Positions 17,630 to 27,104 of a stretch of 64,000 nt of DNA are shown piece after piece. Positions within the stretch are counted from its first letter, which is position 1, and every line of letters begins with the position of its first letter. The stretch covers positions 21,587 to 85,586 of the forward strand of contig JBMNTS010000001.1 in NCBI GenBank assembly GCA_050945855.1. Reading direction: 5' to 3'. The position numbers were made by a program, and so were the translations under genes. The stretch comes from Christensenellales bacterium (GTDB taxonomy: Bacteria; Bacillota; Clostridia; Christensenellales; DTU072). The notes below the pieces were generated by a model. That model had not been told where the DNA came from. It saw nothing but the letters and a program-made list of their open reading frames with translations, and made no database searches.

Positions 17630-18836
17630 ATTTCTTTCTCCTCAACATATCCCTTTCCGCCGGTTTGAAAGGACAATTAATATACAACTCCTGACACACA
17701 AGCTTGCCTTCCTCCAACTGCTCTCCCTGCTCGGAATATATCTTTTCCACCTTAAACTCTCTATTGTGATATTCGGGGCGGGAGGACAGAATCTCCAGCC
17801 TGTCACCCACCGCAAAGCGGTTGCGCTGCCTTACCTTCAGCAGTTCCCTTTCTTCATCGCAACCTAATACTTCGGCTATATACTCATAAGCAGCGTCGGA
17901 CACGCTTTGCGTGCCTTCGCCTTTTCCGCCTAAGTAAAAGCCGGGCGTATAATCGCGATGGCTTACCTTGCCAAGTTCGTTTTCTATATCGTTTGGTATA
18001 CCTAATCCGGCGTAATAGCTATCCAAAACCATACGGTAAGCCTTTGTGACTCCGCCTACGTAATATTCGGATTTCATGCGGCCTTCTATTTTAAAGCTGT
18101 CTACTCCCGCCTCAATCAGTTTATCCAGAAAAGGAGCGGCGCATAAATCCCTGCTGCTCAATATATATGTGCCCCTGCCGTCCTCGCCTATTATTAAGGG
18201 CGTATCCTGTTTGCCTCTTTCGGTAAGCGTGTATTCCCATCTGCAGCATTGAACGCATTCGCCCTTGTTGGAATCTCTGTCCGAAAGGTAGTTGCTTAGC
18301 AGGCATCGTCCGCTGTAGCTTATGCACATAGCCCCGTGCGCGAACGCCTCCAATTCCGCGCTGTCGCCTATGCTCTCTTTGATTTCGGCAATTTCGGCAA
18401 CGCTTAATTCCCGGGCAAGCACAACGCGGCTTACCCCTTCGCTTACCCAGAAAGCGGTGGCATATTTGTTAAGCGTGTTGGCCTGTGTGGAAAGGTGAAT
18501 CTTTAATGCGGGCGCGACGCGCTTTACAAAAGCGATAACCCCGGGGTCGGATACAATAACGGCGTCCGCGTTGACGGATTGCAAAAAAACAAGGTAATCC
18601 CTCAAGGGGGCAAAATCCGCGTTTCGGGCGAATATATTGACGGTAACGTATACCTTTTTGTTTTGAGAGTGAGTGTATTTTACCGCTTCGGCCAACTCCT
18701 CCAAGGTGAAGTTGTCCGCATAAGCGCGCAAGCCGAACTCTTTTCCCGCTAAATAAACCTCGTCCGCTCCGAAGTGCAAGGCGGTCTTTAGTTTGCTCAT
18801 GCTTCCCGCAGGGCTTAAGAGTCGCGCTTTTTTCAT
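17616..18836 (-). CDS. Peptidase U32 family protein (TrhP-like Fe-S tRNA hydroxylation protein)
   Basis: LLSPAG, GADEVY, IHLSTQAN, VVLARELS, HGAMCISYSGRCLLS, CVQCCRWEY, FKIEGRMKS. Confidence 0.9.
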   Translation of the reverse strand: MKKARLLSPAGSMSKLKTALHFGADEVYLAGKEFGLRAYADNFTLEELAEAVKYTHSQNKKVYVTVNIFARNADFAPLRDYLVFLQSVNADAVIVSDPGVIAFVKRVAPALKIHLSTQANTLNKYATAFWVSEGVSRVVLARELSVAEIAEIKESIGDSAELEAFAHGAMCISYSGRCLLSNYLSDRDSNKGECVQCCRWEYTLTERGKQDTPLIIGEDGRGTYILSSRDLCAAPFLDKLIEAGVDSFKIEGRMKSEYYVGGVTKAYRMVLDSYYAGLGIPNDIENELGKVSHRDYTPGFYLGGKGEGTQSVSDAAYEYIAEVLGCDEERELLKVRQRNRFAVGDRLEILSSRPEYHNREFKVEKIYSEQGEQLEEGKLVCQELYINCPFKPAERDMLRRKKYGRE

Positions 18837-18843
18837 CCTTAAC

Positions 18844-20493
18844 CTAATCCTCTATTATTATAGGAATTATCATGGAATTCTTTTTCAGTCCCTTGTTTAT
18901 TATTTTTGCCAATCCCTTGCGTAGACTGCGTTTTAATTCTGATAAATCTATATCCTTAAGGTCGTTGGAGGACACATAATTTGTTACATATTCCCGCATG
19001 GTGTCCTCAATCTGAGGATTGGTGCGTATGCCCCTTACGATGATATCGGGCGGAGAAATAAGAGCGGAGCGCGCGGCGTCAAGCTCGATTATCACAATAA
19101 CCAAACCGTCCTCGCTAAGCAGCTTGCGGTCACGCAGAATCAGGTCGTAATCCTCGCTGCTGAAAGCGCCGTCCAGCATAATCTTGCCCGCCTGAACATT
19201 ATTCTGCCTGCTCAGTCCGCCCGGTTCCACCCCGATTACGTTGCCTATCTCGGGGATAACTATATTGCTTTCGGGTATTCCCATTTCCATAGCCAAATCC
19301 GCGTGCTGCTTCATGTGCCTGTATTCGCCGTGAACGGGGATAAAAAATTTGGGTCTGACCAAAGCCAGCATCATCTTTAGCTCTTCCTGGAAAGCGTGAC
19401 CGGAGGCGTGCACCTCTTCCAGCGCTTTATATATCACGTTGGCGCCCTTACGGTAAAGATTGTTGATAACGGTGTATACGTATTTTTCGTTGCCGGGTAT
19501 GGGAGACGCGCTCATTATTATGGTATCCATACTCCCTATTTCCAGCTTTTTGAAATCGCCCTGACTCATGCGGGTAAGCGCGCTCATGGGCTCTCCCTGC
19601 GTGCCCGTGCTGATAACGCACAGCCTGTCGTAAGGAACTTTGTCTATTTTGTCAATATCCACAAGATGACTTTCGTCTACCGTCAACTCCTTAAGACCTT
19701 TGGCAATCTCAGCGATTTTTACCATGCTTCTGCCGCTGAAGGCTATTTTGCGGTCATATTTTATGGCGCAATCTATGATTTGCTGCACCCTGTGCACATT
19801 TGAGGCAAAGGTAGCCACGATAATTCTTCTGCCCTTGTTTTCCGCAAATATGTTATCCAGATTTCTGTAAACCTGACGTTCGGACATGCTTATGCCCGGC
19901 CTTTCCACATTGGTGCTGTCGGATAGTAGCAACAGCACGCCCGCTTTCCCTATACCCGCTATTCTGGTCAAATCAATAGGTTTGTTATCAATGGGAGTAA
20001 GGTCCATTTTAAAATCGCTGGTATGAAAAATCACTCCTTTGGGAGTGTTGATGCAAAGCGCGAAAGAATTGGTTATTGAATGGTTTGTCTTAACAAACTC
20101 CACAGAAAAGCATCCCAAAGTAATGACATCGCCTTGCTGAACGGAATAAAGCTCCTTCGCTTCCATTTTATGTTCGGACAATTTGTAAGCAATAAGTCCC
20201 ACCGCAAGTTTGCCCGCATAAATGGGGGCAGGCACGTCCTTTAACACATAAGGAAGCCCTCCGATATGGTCCTCGTGCCCGTGCGTAATTATATAAGCGC
20301 GCACTTTATCCTTATTTTCAATAAGATATGAATAATCGGGTATTACGTAATCAATCCCCGGCATTTCCTCGGCGTTGGGAAAAGCAAGCCCCGCATCAAT
20401 TACTATTATATCCCCGTTGTACTCTAAGGCGGTCATATTTTTACCGATTTCGCCTACGCCGCCCAAAAAAACCAATTTTACCTTTTTAGCCAT
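18844..20493 (-). CDS. rnj: Ribonuclease J
   Basis: LGGVGEIGKNM, THGHEDHIG, DSTN, FASNVHR, TGTQGEP, HASGH, PVHGEYRH. Confidence 0.97.
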   Translation of the reverse strand: MAKKVKLVFLGGVGEIGKNMTALEYNGDIIVIDAGLAFPNAEEMPGIDYVIPDYSYLIENKDKVRAYIITHGHEDHIGGLPYVLKDVPAPIYAGKLAVGLIAYKLSEHKMEAKELYSVQQGDVITLGCFSVEFVKTNHSITNSFALCINTPKGVIFHTSDFKMDLTPIDNKPIDLTRIAGIGKAGVLLLLSDSTNVERPGISMSERQVYRNLDNIFAENKGRRIIVATFASNVHRVQQIIDCAIKYDRKIAFSGRSMVKIAEIAKGLKELTVDESHLVDIDKIDKVPYDRLCVISTGTQGEPMSALTRMSQGDFKKLEIGSMDTIIMSASPIPGNEKYVYTVINNLYRKGANVIYKALEEVHASGHAFQEELKMMLALVRPKFFIPVHGEYRHMKQHADLAMEMGIPESNIVIPEIGNVIGVEPGGLSRQNNVQAGKIMLDGAFSSEDYDLILRDRKLLSEDGLVIVIIELDAARSALISPPDIIVRGIRTNPQIEDTMREYVTNYVSSNDLKDIDLSELKRSLRKGLAKIINKGLKKNSMIIPIIIED

Positions 20494-20627
20494 AAAACCT
20501 CGTAAATTTCTATCATTCCATTATTAATTATACACCAAAATTTAACATTTTTCAATTAATCAGGGATAGAAGAAAGTTAATTTACATAATAATCCAATTA
20601 TTACTTACAATAAGGTCGGAGGTAAAT

Positions 20628-21329
20628 ATGAAAGCAATAATTATGGCGGGCGGAAAAGGCACAAGGCTTAAACCCTTAACCGACGATATACCCAAGCCAT
20701 TGGTCAGGATTATTGACCGCCCCGTAATGGAGCATATAATCGAATTGTTAAAAAAACATAATATTACGCAGATAGGAGTGACTTTAGGGCATATGTCAGA
20801 CGCCATTATGGATTATTTCGGCTCGGGAGAGCGATTAGGAGTGGAACTGAAATATTTTGTGGAGGAGACCCCGCTGGGCACGGCGGGCGGCGTAAAAGCC
20901 GCAAGCGACTTTACGGACGGCGATTTTCTGATTATGAGCGGAGACTGCTATACCAATATGGATTTGTCGCGGGCAATACAATTCCATAAGGCTAAGCAAT
21001 CCCCCTTTACGATAATAGCCACACCTCACAACAATCCGGTTGGCTTAGGGGTGCTGGAAGCGGATTTCAACAACACGCTTTCCGCCTTTGTGGAAAAGCC
21101 GGAGCAGGCGCGCCCTTCCCTTATCAATACGGGGACGTATATAATGAGCAGGCGTATTCTGGATATGATTCCCCAAGGCTTTTACGACTTTGGCAAACAG
21201 CTTCTTCCCCGCCTGGTTAATGAGGCTTATGTGTGGGTAACCTATGATTATTGGTCTGACATCGGCACCTTGCCCGCCTTCTATTATACAAATTTTCTTG
21301 TGGCATCCGCCATTTCCCCGGACGCATAA
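20628..21329 (+). CDS. Sugar-phosphate nucleotidyltransferase (NTP_transferase; mannose-1-P guanylyltransferase-like, catalytic domain only)
   Basis: MAGGKGTRLKPLT..IPKPL, EETPLGTAG, FVEKP, YWSDIG; GGAGG RBS. Confidence 0.88.
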   Translation: MKAIIMAGGKGTRLKPLTDDIPKPLVRIIDRPVMEHIIELLKKHNITQIGVTLGHMSDAIMDYFGSGERLGVELKYFVEETPLGTAGGVKAASDFTDGDFLIMSGDCYTNMDLSRAIQFHKAKQSPFTIIATPHNNPVGLGVLEADFNNTLSAFVEKPEQARPSLINTGTYIMSRRILDMIPQGFYDFGKQLLPRLVNEAYVWVTYDYWSDIGTLPAFYYTNFLVASAISPDA

Positions 21330-21357
21330 AATTATGTCGATAAAAATTTATCAAATT

Positions 21358-21382
21358 AGGCGTACGGGTACGCCTTTTTTCT
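21358..21382 (+). terminator. Intrinsic terminator
   Basis: AGGCGTAC-GG-GTACGCCT followed by TTTTTCTT. Confidence 0.7.
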
Positions 21383-21442
21383 TTACAAATGACATTTCAA
21401 AAGAGTATAATACAATAAAAAGATTCTCTAAGGAGCCCAAAA

Positions 21443-22516
21443 ATGAAAGTATATAATTTCTCGGCCGGACCCTCCATGTTACCTTATGAAGTTAAGCTGC
21501 AGGCACAAAAAGAAATGCTTGATTATAACGGCAGCGGCATGTCCGTTATGGAGATGAGTCACAGAAGCAAGGTCTATGAAGAAATTCATAATGAAGCTAT
21601 CGCGTTATTAAAAGAAATAATGCGTCTTAACGATGATTATTATATTTTACTATTACAAGGCGGGGCAAGTACGCAGTTTGAGGCGGTGCCCCTCAATTTA
21701 TTAAAAAACGGCAAAGCGGATTACATTGTGACCGGCAATTTTGCCTCCAAAGCGTATAAAGAAGCGAAAAAATACGGGGAAATCAACGAAATAGCCTCCA
21801 GCAAGGACGCCAATTATACCTATATCCCCGATATGGACAAGATTAAGACCACTCCGGGCGCGGATTATCTGCATATAACTTCCAACAATACCATTTTTGG
21901 CACGAGATACACCAAATTTCCGGAAGTGGATATACCCTTGGTCGCCGACATGAGCAGCAATATTTTGTCCCAGGATACGGATTACAACAAGTTTGGGCTG
22001 ATTTACGCGGGAGCGCAAAAGAATATCGGGCCTGCCGGGCTTACTATCGTAATCGTTAAAAAGAATCTTATCAATAACCCTATGCCCATTTGCCCCACCA
22101 TGCTGAGGTATTCCACAATGGCAAACGATAACAGCCTATATAATACTCCCGCCACCTTTTCCATATACGTGGCTATGCTGACCCTGCGCTGGATTAAGAA
22201 CATCGGAGGCATTAAGGCGCTTGAAAAGCAAAATTACGAAAAAGCCAATCTGTTGTATGACTTTATCGACAACAGCAGTTTTTATAAAAATCCCGTGCGT
22301 CCTCGCGACCGTTCCATTATGAACGTGCCTTTCACCACTCCCTCACCCGAATTGGACGCCAAATTTGTAAAGGAAGCGGAAGGCTACGGGCTGGTGACCT
22401 TAAAGGGACACCGCTTGGTGGGAGGTATGCGCGCAAGCATTTACAACGCCATGCCTATGGAAGGAGTTAAGGCTCTTGTGGAATTTATGAAGAAATTTGA
22501 GCGCGAAAACGCGTAG
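21443..22516 (+). CDS. serC: Phosphoserine aminotransferase
   Basis: YNFSAGP, EMSHRS, LQGGAS, ADMSS, YAGAQKNIGP, NTP, GHRLVGGMRASIYNA. Confidence 0.97.
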   Translation: MKVYNFSAGPSMLPYEVKLQAQKEMLDYNGSGMSVMEMSHRSKVYEEIHNEAIALLKEIMRLNDDYYILLLQGGASTQFEAVPLNLLKNGKADYIVTGNFASKAYKEAKKYGEINEIASSKDANYTYIPDMDKIKTTPGADYLHITSNNTIFGTRYTKFPEVDIPLVADMSSNILSQDTDYNKFGLIYAGAQKNIGPAGLTIVIVKKNLINNPMPICPTMLRYSTMANDNSLYNTPATFSIYVAMLTLRWIKNIGGIKALEKQNYEKANLLYDFIDNSSFYKNPVRPRDRSIMNVPFTTPSPELDAKFVKEAEGYGLVTLKGHRLVGGMRASIYNAMPMEGVKALVEFMKKFERENA

Positions 22517-22524
22517 GTGAAATT

Positions 22525-23658
22525 ATGTATAATATATTGACCTTAAACAAAATCAGCAACGTAATTTACGATATCCTTAAAGGATATAACATCGGAGCAG
22601 AGATAGATAATCCCAACGGCATAATAGTGCGCTCCGCCAAAATGCACGATTACACGGTAGGCGACAACCTGGTCGCCGTAGCCAGAGCGGGCGCGGGCGT
22701 CAACAATATACCCGTGGACGAAATGAGCAAGCGCGGGATAGTCGTGTTCAATACTCCGGGTGCTAACGCCAACGCGGTAAAAGAGCTTGCAATTTGCTCT
22801 TTGCTGATGGCTTCCCGGGATATCTTTGAAGGCGCCAACTGGGCAAACACTTTAAGCTGCGAAGATGTGGATAAGCAGGTGGAGAAAGGCAAAGCTGATT
22901 TTGGCGGCTGTGAGATTTTGGGCAAAACCTTAGGGCTTCTCGGGCTGGGCGCCATAGGAGCGTTAGTCGCCGATGCCGCAATTTCCCTGGGAATGAAGGT
23001 GGTAGGCTATGACCCGTATATTTCCGCCGAAAACAAAGCCGCGCTAAACGCAAATGTAAAGATTGTAGATTGCGCGGAGAAAGTTTTCGCACAATCCGAT
23101 TATATCTCCCTGCATGCCCCGCTGCTGGAAGGCACAAAAAATATGATTAACGCGCAAAGCATCGCAAAGATGAAAGACGGCGTTAAAATCATCAATATGA
23201 GCAGAGGCGGCCTGGTCAACACTGCTGACGTTATCGCGGCAATAAAGGAAGGCAAAGTCAAAAAATATGTGACCGATTTCCCCGGCAGCGAGGAAATATG
23301 CCAAAAAGGCATTATCCCTATCCCCCATTTAGGCGCGAGCACGGAGGAAGCGGAGGAAAATTGCGCCATAATGGCGGCACATCAGATAAAGGACTATCTT
23401 GAAAGCGGCAATATCGTAAACAGTGTAAACTTCCCTAAAATTTCCGCGCCAAAAGGAAAATGCCGCCTGCAGATTATAGCTCAGAAATGCGACGCTTTTT
23501 CTGCTGACCTTAAGGCTATATTTGGGCAAGAAAAAATCAGCGCCGCGGCTAATAAGGAATACGCTGTCGCTTTAATTGACGCGGATAATATCGGACAGGA
23601 TAAAATAGAACAAGCGGGCAAGCTTCCCGGCGTCCTCAGAGTAAGGTTGATAAAATAG
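22525..23658 (+). CDS. serA: D-3-phosphoglycerate dehydrogenase
   Basis: ARAGAGVNNIP, NTPGANANAVKEL, GLGAIG, PHLGASTEEAEENCA; follows serC. Confidence 0.92.
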   Translation: MYNILTLNKISNVIYDILKGYNIGAEIDNPNGIIVRSAKMHDYTVGDNLVAVARAGAGVNNIPVDEMSKRGIVVFNTPGANANAVKELAICSLLMASRDIFEGANWANTLSCEDVDKQVEKGKADFGGCEILGKTLGLLGLGAIGALVADAAISLGMKVVGYDPYISAENKAALNANVKIVDCAEKVFAQSDYISLHAPLLEGTKNMINAQSIAKMKDGVKIINMSRGGLVNTADVIAAIKEGKVKKYVTDFPGSEEICQKGIIPIPHLGASTEEAEENCAIMAAHQIKDYLESGNIVNSVNFPKISAPKGKCRLQIIAQKCDAFSADLKAIFGQEKISAAANKEYAVALIDADNIGQDKIEQAGKLPGVLRVRLIK

Positions 23659-23718
23659 AACAACGTCCTTATTGCGCAATCTTCCTTTTTATGCTAAAAT
23701 CATTAAAAGGAGATTGTT

Positions 23719-24075
23719 ATGAAACTCCACGAATCAGGCGAAAACTATCTGGAAACTATCTATTTGCTGCACAAGCAAAATATTAACGTGCGGGCAATAG
23801 ACGTGGCTAACGAGCTTAGTTTTTCCAAGCCCAGCGTTTCCCGCGCGCTTAACCTGCTAAAAAGCAAAGGTTATATTCATATAGAAAATAATGTTATTAC
23901 CCTAACCGAACAAGGACTGCAAAAAGCGGAAAGCATATACGCAAGACATGTGCATATTACCAATTTTCTGGTTCAAACCCTGGGCGTGGAACGCCATATC
24001 GCGGAAAAAGACGCCTGCCGTATCGAGCACATCATAAGCGAGCGTACATTTAACCTTATTAAAGAAAAGTATTAA
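23719..24075 (+). CDS. DtxR/MntR family metal-dependent transcriptional regulator
   Basis: ESGENYLETI, SKPSVSRAL, AEKDACRIEH; own promoter TTGCGC-17-TAAAAT. Confidence 0.92.
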   Translation: MKLHESGENYLETIYLLHKQNINVRAIDVANELSFSKPSVSRALNLLKSKGYIHIENNVITLTEQGLQKAESIYARHVHITNFLVQTLGVERHIAEKDACRIEHIISERTFNLIKEKY

Positions 24076-24107
24076 CAGATTTCCTTTATAAACAGCCAGA
24101 AATTAAT

Positions 24108-24860
24108 TTATTGGCAATTTTCCCTTCGCTTTTTACCGAATATGGGATAATCGGGGAGGCTGGCAAGACCTTCCCAATATGCCCTGATGCAATCCACGCT
24201 GAGAGGCTTGCCGTGACTTGGAATCAGGGTTACGGCGTTTCGGCAAATGTAACTCCACGTTTTTTGCAGCATAAGCGCGTCCTCAAGCACCAACGGGTAA
24301 TAATTTTTGGAAAGGGCGGGCATATTAAAGACCGCATCCCCGCAAATCAGCCGTTTGCCGGGCAGCATCAGCCCTATGGAATCGGCGGTATGCCCGGGCA
24401 AGGGGACAATGTCTATTTCTATTTTGCTTTCGCGCAAATATTGTTCATCCTTTGCGAAAAGCAGGTAACGCTTAGGGGCGTCTACGGCGGGGAATTTATG
24501 TTTCCCAAGTCCCGTATACTCTAAGAACTTACATACAGATTGTATCATTTTGCTCGTTGCGGAGTGGATTTTCAAGTTGCGTCCCAACTTAAGGCGGCGT
24601 GCGGCTTCGTGATGCAAAATCAGATTAGCGTCCGTAAAATACTCCAGCATTTCCTGCAAAAATCCGACATGGTCGTCGTGGCTATGTGTCAGAAAAAGAA
24701 ATTTCACCAGCCTCTTGTCATAGCCTTTGCTCTCGAATTTTTTCTTAAACTGCGCAAAGCCTCCCGGGTAGCCGGAGTCCACAACAATAAGCCTCTTGTC
24801 GGGTGTGCTGATTACAAAACAAGATACCTTTTTTGTCCCTAAATCATCTGCGTAATACAT
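24108..24860 (-). CDS. Metallo-beta-lactamase fold hydrolase
   Basis: VDSG, THSHDDHVG, PGHTADS, GDA, PSHG. Confidence 0.88.
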   Translation of the reverse strand: MYYADDLGTKKVSCFVISTPDKRLIVVDSGYPGGFAQFKKKFESKGYDKRLVKFLFLTHSHDDHVGFLQEMLEYFTDANLILHHEAARRLKLGRNLKIHSATSKMIQSVCKFLEYTGLGKHKFPAVDAPKRYLLFAKDEQYLRESKIEIDIVPLPGHTADSIGLMLPGKRLICGDAVFNMPALSKNYYPLVLEDALMLQKTWSYICRNAVTLIPSHGKPLSVDCIRAYWEGLASLPDYPIFGKKRRENCQ

Positions 24861-26177
24861 TTACTTAACCTCTTCATTTTCAGCTTTTCTGATATTTAAT
24901 ACCAAAATAAACAAAGGTATAAGCATAAATAAAGCGACTTTTGCGGCGGCTAAAAAGATATCGGGCACCGGAATTTTGACTATCTCGCCGAACTCGTTGA
25001 GATAAGTCTGATTGGACTGGTTAATAACCCCGTTGCCGATATACGGACCGATAACCATAGGCAAAAGCACGAAAAATATCATTCTGATGCCCTGGAACAT
25101 CCCCGCCTTGTCTTTGGGTGTCTTATCTCTAATAACCGAATTGAGCACTATTTCCAGCATCACAAATCCGCCCATCATTACAATGCCTATGGCGATAAGC
25201 AAGTAAAGGCTGCGCGCAAAGAACATCAGGACAAGACCGATAATATATACAAAGGCGGAGATGAATACGAATTTTGATTTGCCCTTTTTATCTATAAGCC
25301 TGCCGATCAAAATGCCGAAAATCGCCGCGCCCAACACCGCTACCGCCAGCACAATGCTGTATTCCATAACCGAAAACTGCAAATACTTTTCCAAATACAC
25401 AATGAGATAAGGCAGAAACACCTGCGAGCTTATGCCGAAGGCACCAATGGAGATTAAAGCGATGTATAAAAATTTGTTTTCCGCTATTACCCGGGGACGG
25501 AAACCGTAAAAGATATTTTTATAGTATTTTTCTTCCGAACGAATGCCGCTGCGGCTTTCTTTAATCAAAAGCAATCCCAATAAACCGCTTAAAGAAACGG
25601 TGGAGCCTAAAATTATGAAAAACATGGGGTACCCCACGCTTTCAATAATCATGCCAAACCCGCCGGATACAACCAGCATTGCCAATAAAGGCATGGCGCT
25701 CAGCACTCCCTCGACGCCGGCGCGGTTTTTGGGTACGGTGATATCGGTAATCCAGGCATTAAACGCCGCGTCGTTGGCGGAGGAGCCGAAAAAGGTCATT
25801 ACGCAATCCATAATCACTACAGCGCCTACCGTGAGCAGCAACACCTTTTGCGCCTGCATGGAAGGAAAAAGCGCGGCGGTGTTGGCGCGGGATATAAAGG
25901 CAAATACCAAAGTGGAAATACCCCATAGAATATACCCGCCGGAAATAAAGACCTTGCGGCGGTTTATCTTGTCGCTGTATGCTCCCGTAAGCAGCGTCGC
26001 CACGGTCGCGACAATAGCGCTGGCCGCCACCATTAAAGCAATATGGTCGGTAGTGCCCCCTATTTCATTGTATAAAAATACGTTAAAATACATATTCTCC
26101 ACTGCCCAGGCAATTTGCCCGAACAGTCCGAACACTACTATCGCGCTCCAGGTTTTCTTGCTTATCTTGGTATCCAT
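24861..26177 (-). CDS. MFS transporter
   Basis: About 12 TM; GAYSDKINRRK and GRLIDKKGK loop motifs; promoter TTGACT-17-TAATAT. Confidence 0.88.
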   Translation of the reverse strand: MDTKISKKTWSAIVVFGLFGQIAWAVENMYFNVFLYNEIGGTTDHIALMVAASAIVATVATLLTGAYSDKINRRKVFISGGYILWGISTLVFAFISRANTAALFPSMQAQKVLLLTVGAVVIMDCVMTFFGSSANDAAFNAWITDITVPKNRAGVEGVLSAMPLLAMLVVSGGFGMIIESVGYPMFFIILGSTVSLSGLLGLLLIKESRSGIRSEEKYYKNIFYGFRPRVIAENKFLYIALISIGAFGISSQVFLPYLIVYLEKYLQFSVMEYSIVLAVAVLGAAIFGILIGRLIDKKGKSKFVFISAFVYIIGLVLMFFARSLYLLIAIGIVMMGGFVMLEIVLNSVIRDKTPKDKAGMFQGIRMIFFVLLPMVIGPYIGNGVINQSNQTYLNEFGEIVKIPVPDIFLAAAKVALFMLIPLFILVLNIRKAENEEVK

Positions 26178-26352
26178 GATATACTCCTTATTGCGCTAAT
26201 ATTAACATTTTTTGCTATTAAAGTCAAGATTGAAAAAGCTCGTCCGATGCAATGAAGCGGCTAGGCAAAAACGCCCCAAAAAATGAGCGCAATCGTGCCT
26301 AAATCTGTCTCAATGATTGAAAAAAACAAATTTTTGATATATAATAATGCTT

Positions 26353-27102
26353 ATGGCAAACAAGAGTCCGACACAAAAGAAAATTAAACTGCTCAATACG
26401 ATAATAGTATCTCTAACCGTTTTACTGCTTGCGGTCATGTTAGGCTACGTATTGCCTTCCATGCTGGCGGACGAGAGGACTTTTGTGGTAAGCAGTAAGG
26501 CGGCGCTCAGAAAAGTCAGATATAACGAGGAAAACAAGACGCTGGAAAAAGGGCAAGTGGTTTTTATCGGGGACTCGATTTTCGAGTTTTACGATACGGC
26601 TAAATTTTACCCCGACCATACCGTCTACAATCGGGGCATTTCGGGGGACAGAAGCAACCATGTGCTGGCGCGCATAGAGGAAAACGCGCTTGTCTTGGAC
26701 CCTAGAATAATCGTAATTCATGTGGGCACCAACGACATAGGCGCAAAACTGGGATACGATTTAACCTTATCCAACATGAAAAAAATCGTGGAGAAAATAA
26801 GGGAGCACGATGCCTCAATCAAGATAATCCTTGACAACGTTTATCCCATCAACGACGAAAACAGGTTTTTTTACAGCCGTATATACGGCGTAAGGGAAAA
26901 CTACCAGATACTTGAATTAAACCGGCTGCTTAAAGATTTTTCACAGGAAAACGGTGTGGAATATATAGATAATTATATTCTGCTTACCGACGAGGCGGGC
27001 AGGCTGAAAAGAGAGTATACCGTGGACGGACTCCACCTTTCTCAAAAAGGATATGAAGTCGTCACGGCTTCCATTCTGCCATATTTGGAAGAGCAGGACT
27101 AA
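26353..27102 (+). CDS. Membrane-anchored SGNH/GDSL hydrolase
   Basis: N-terminal TM; FIGDSI, NRGISG, GTNDI, DGLH. Start probably the second Met (26353), 7 nt after TATAAT. Confidence 0.88.
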   Translation: MANKSPTQKKIKLLNTIIVSLTVLLLAVMLGYVLPSMLADERTFVVSSKAALRKVRYNEENKTLEKGQVVFIGDSIFEFYDTAKFYPDHTVYNRGISGDRSNHVLARIEENALVLDPRIIVIHVGTNDIGAKLGYDLTLSNMKKIVEKIREHDASIKIILDNVYPINDENRFFYSRIYGVRENYQILELNRLLKDFSQENGVEYIDNYILLTDEAGRLKREYTVDGLHLSQKGYEVVTASILPYLEEQD

Positions 27103-27104
27103 AG

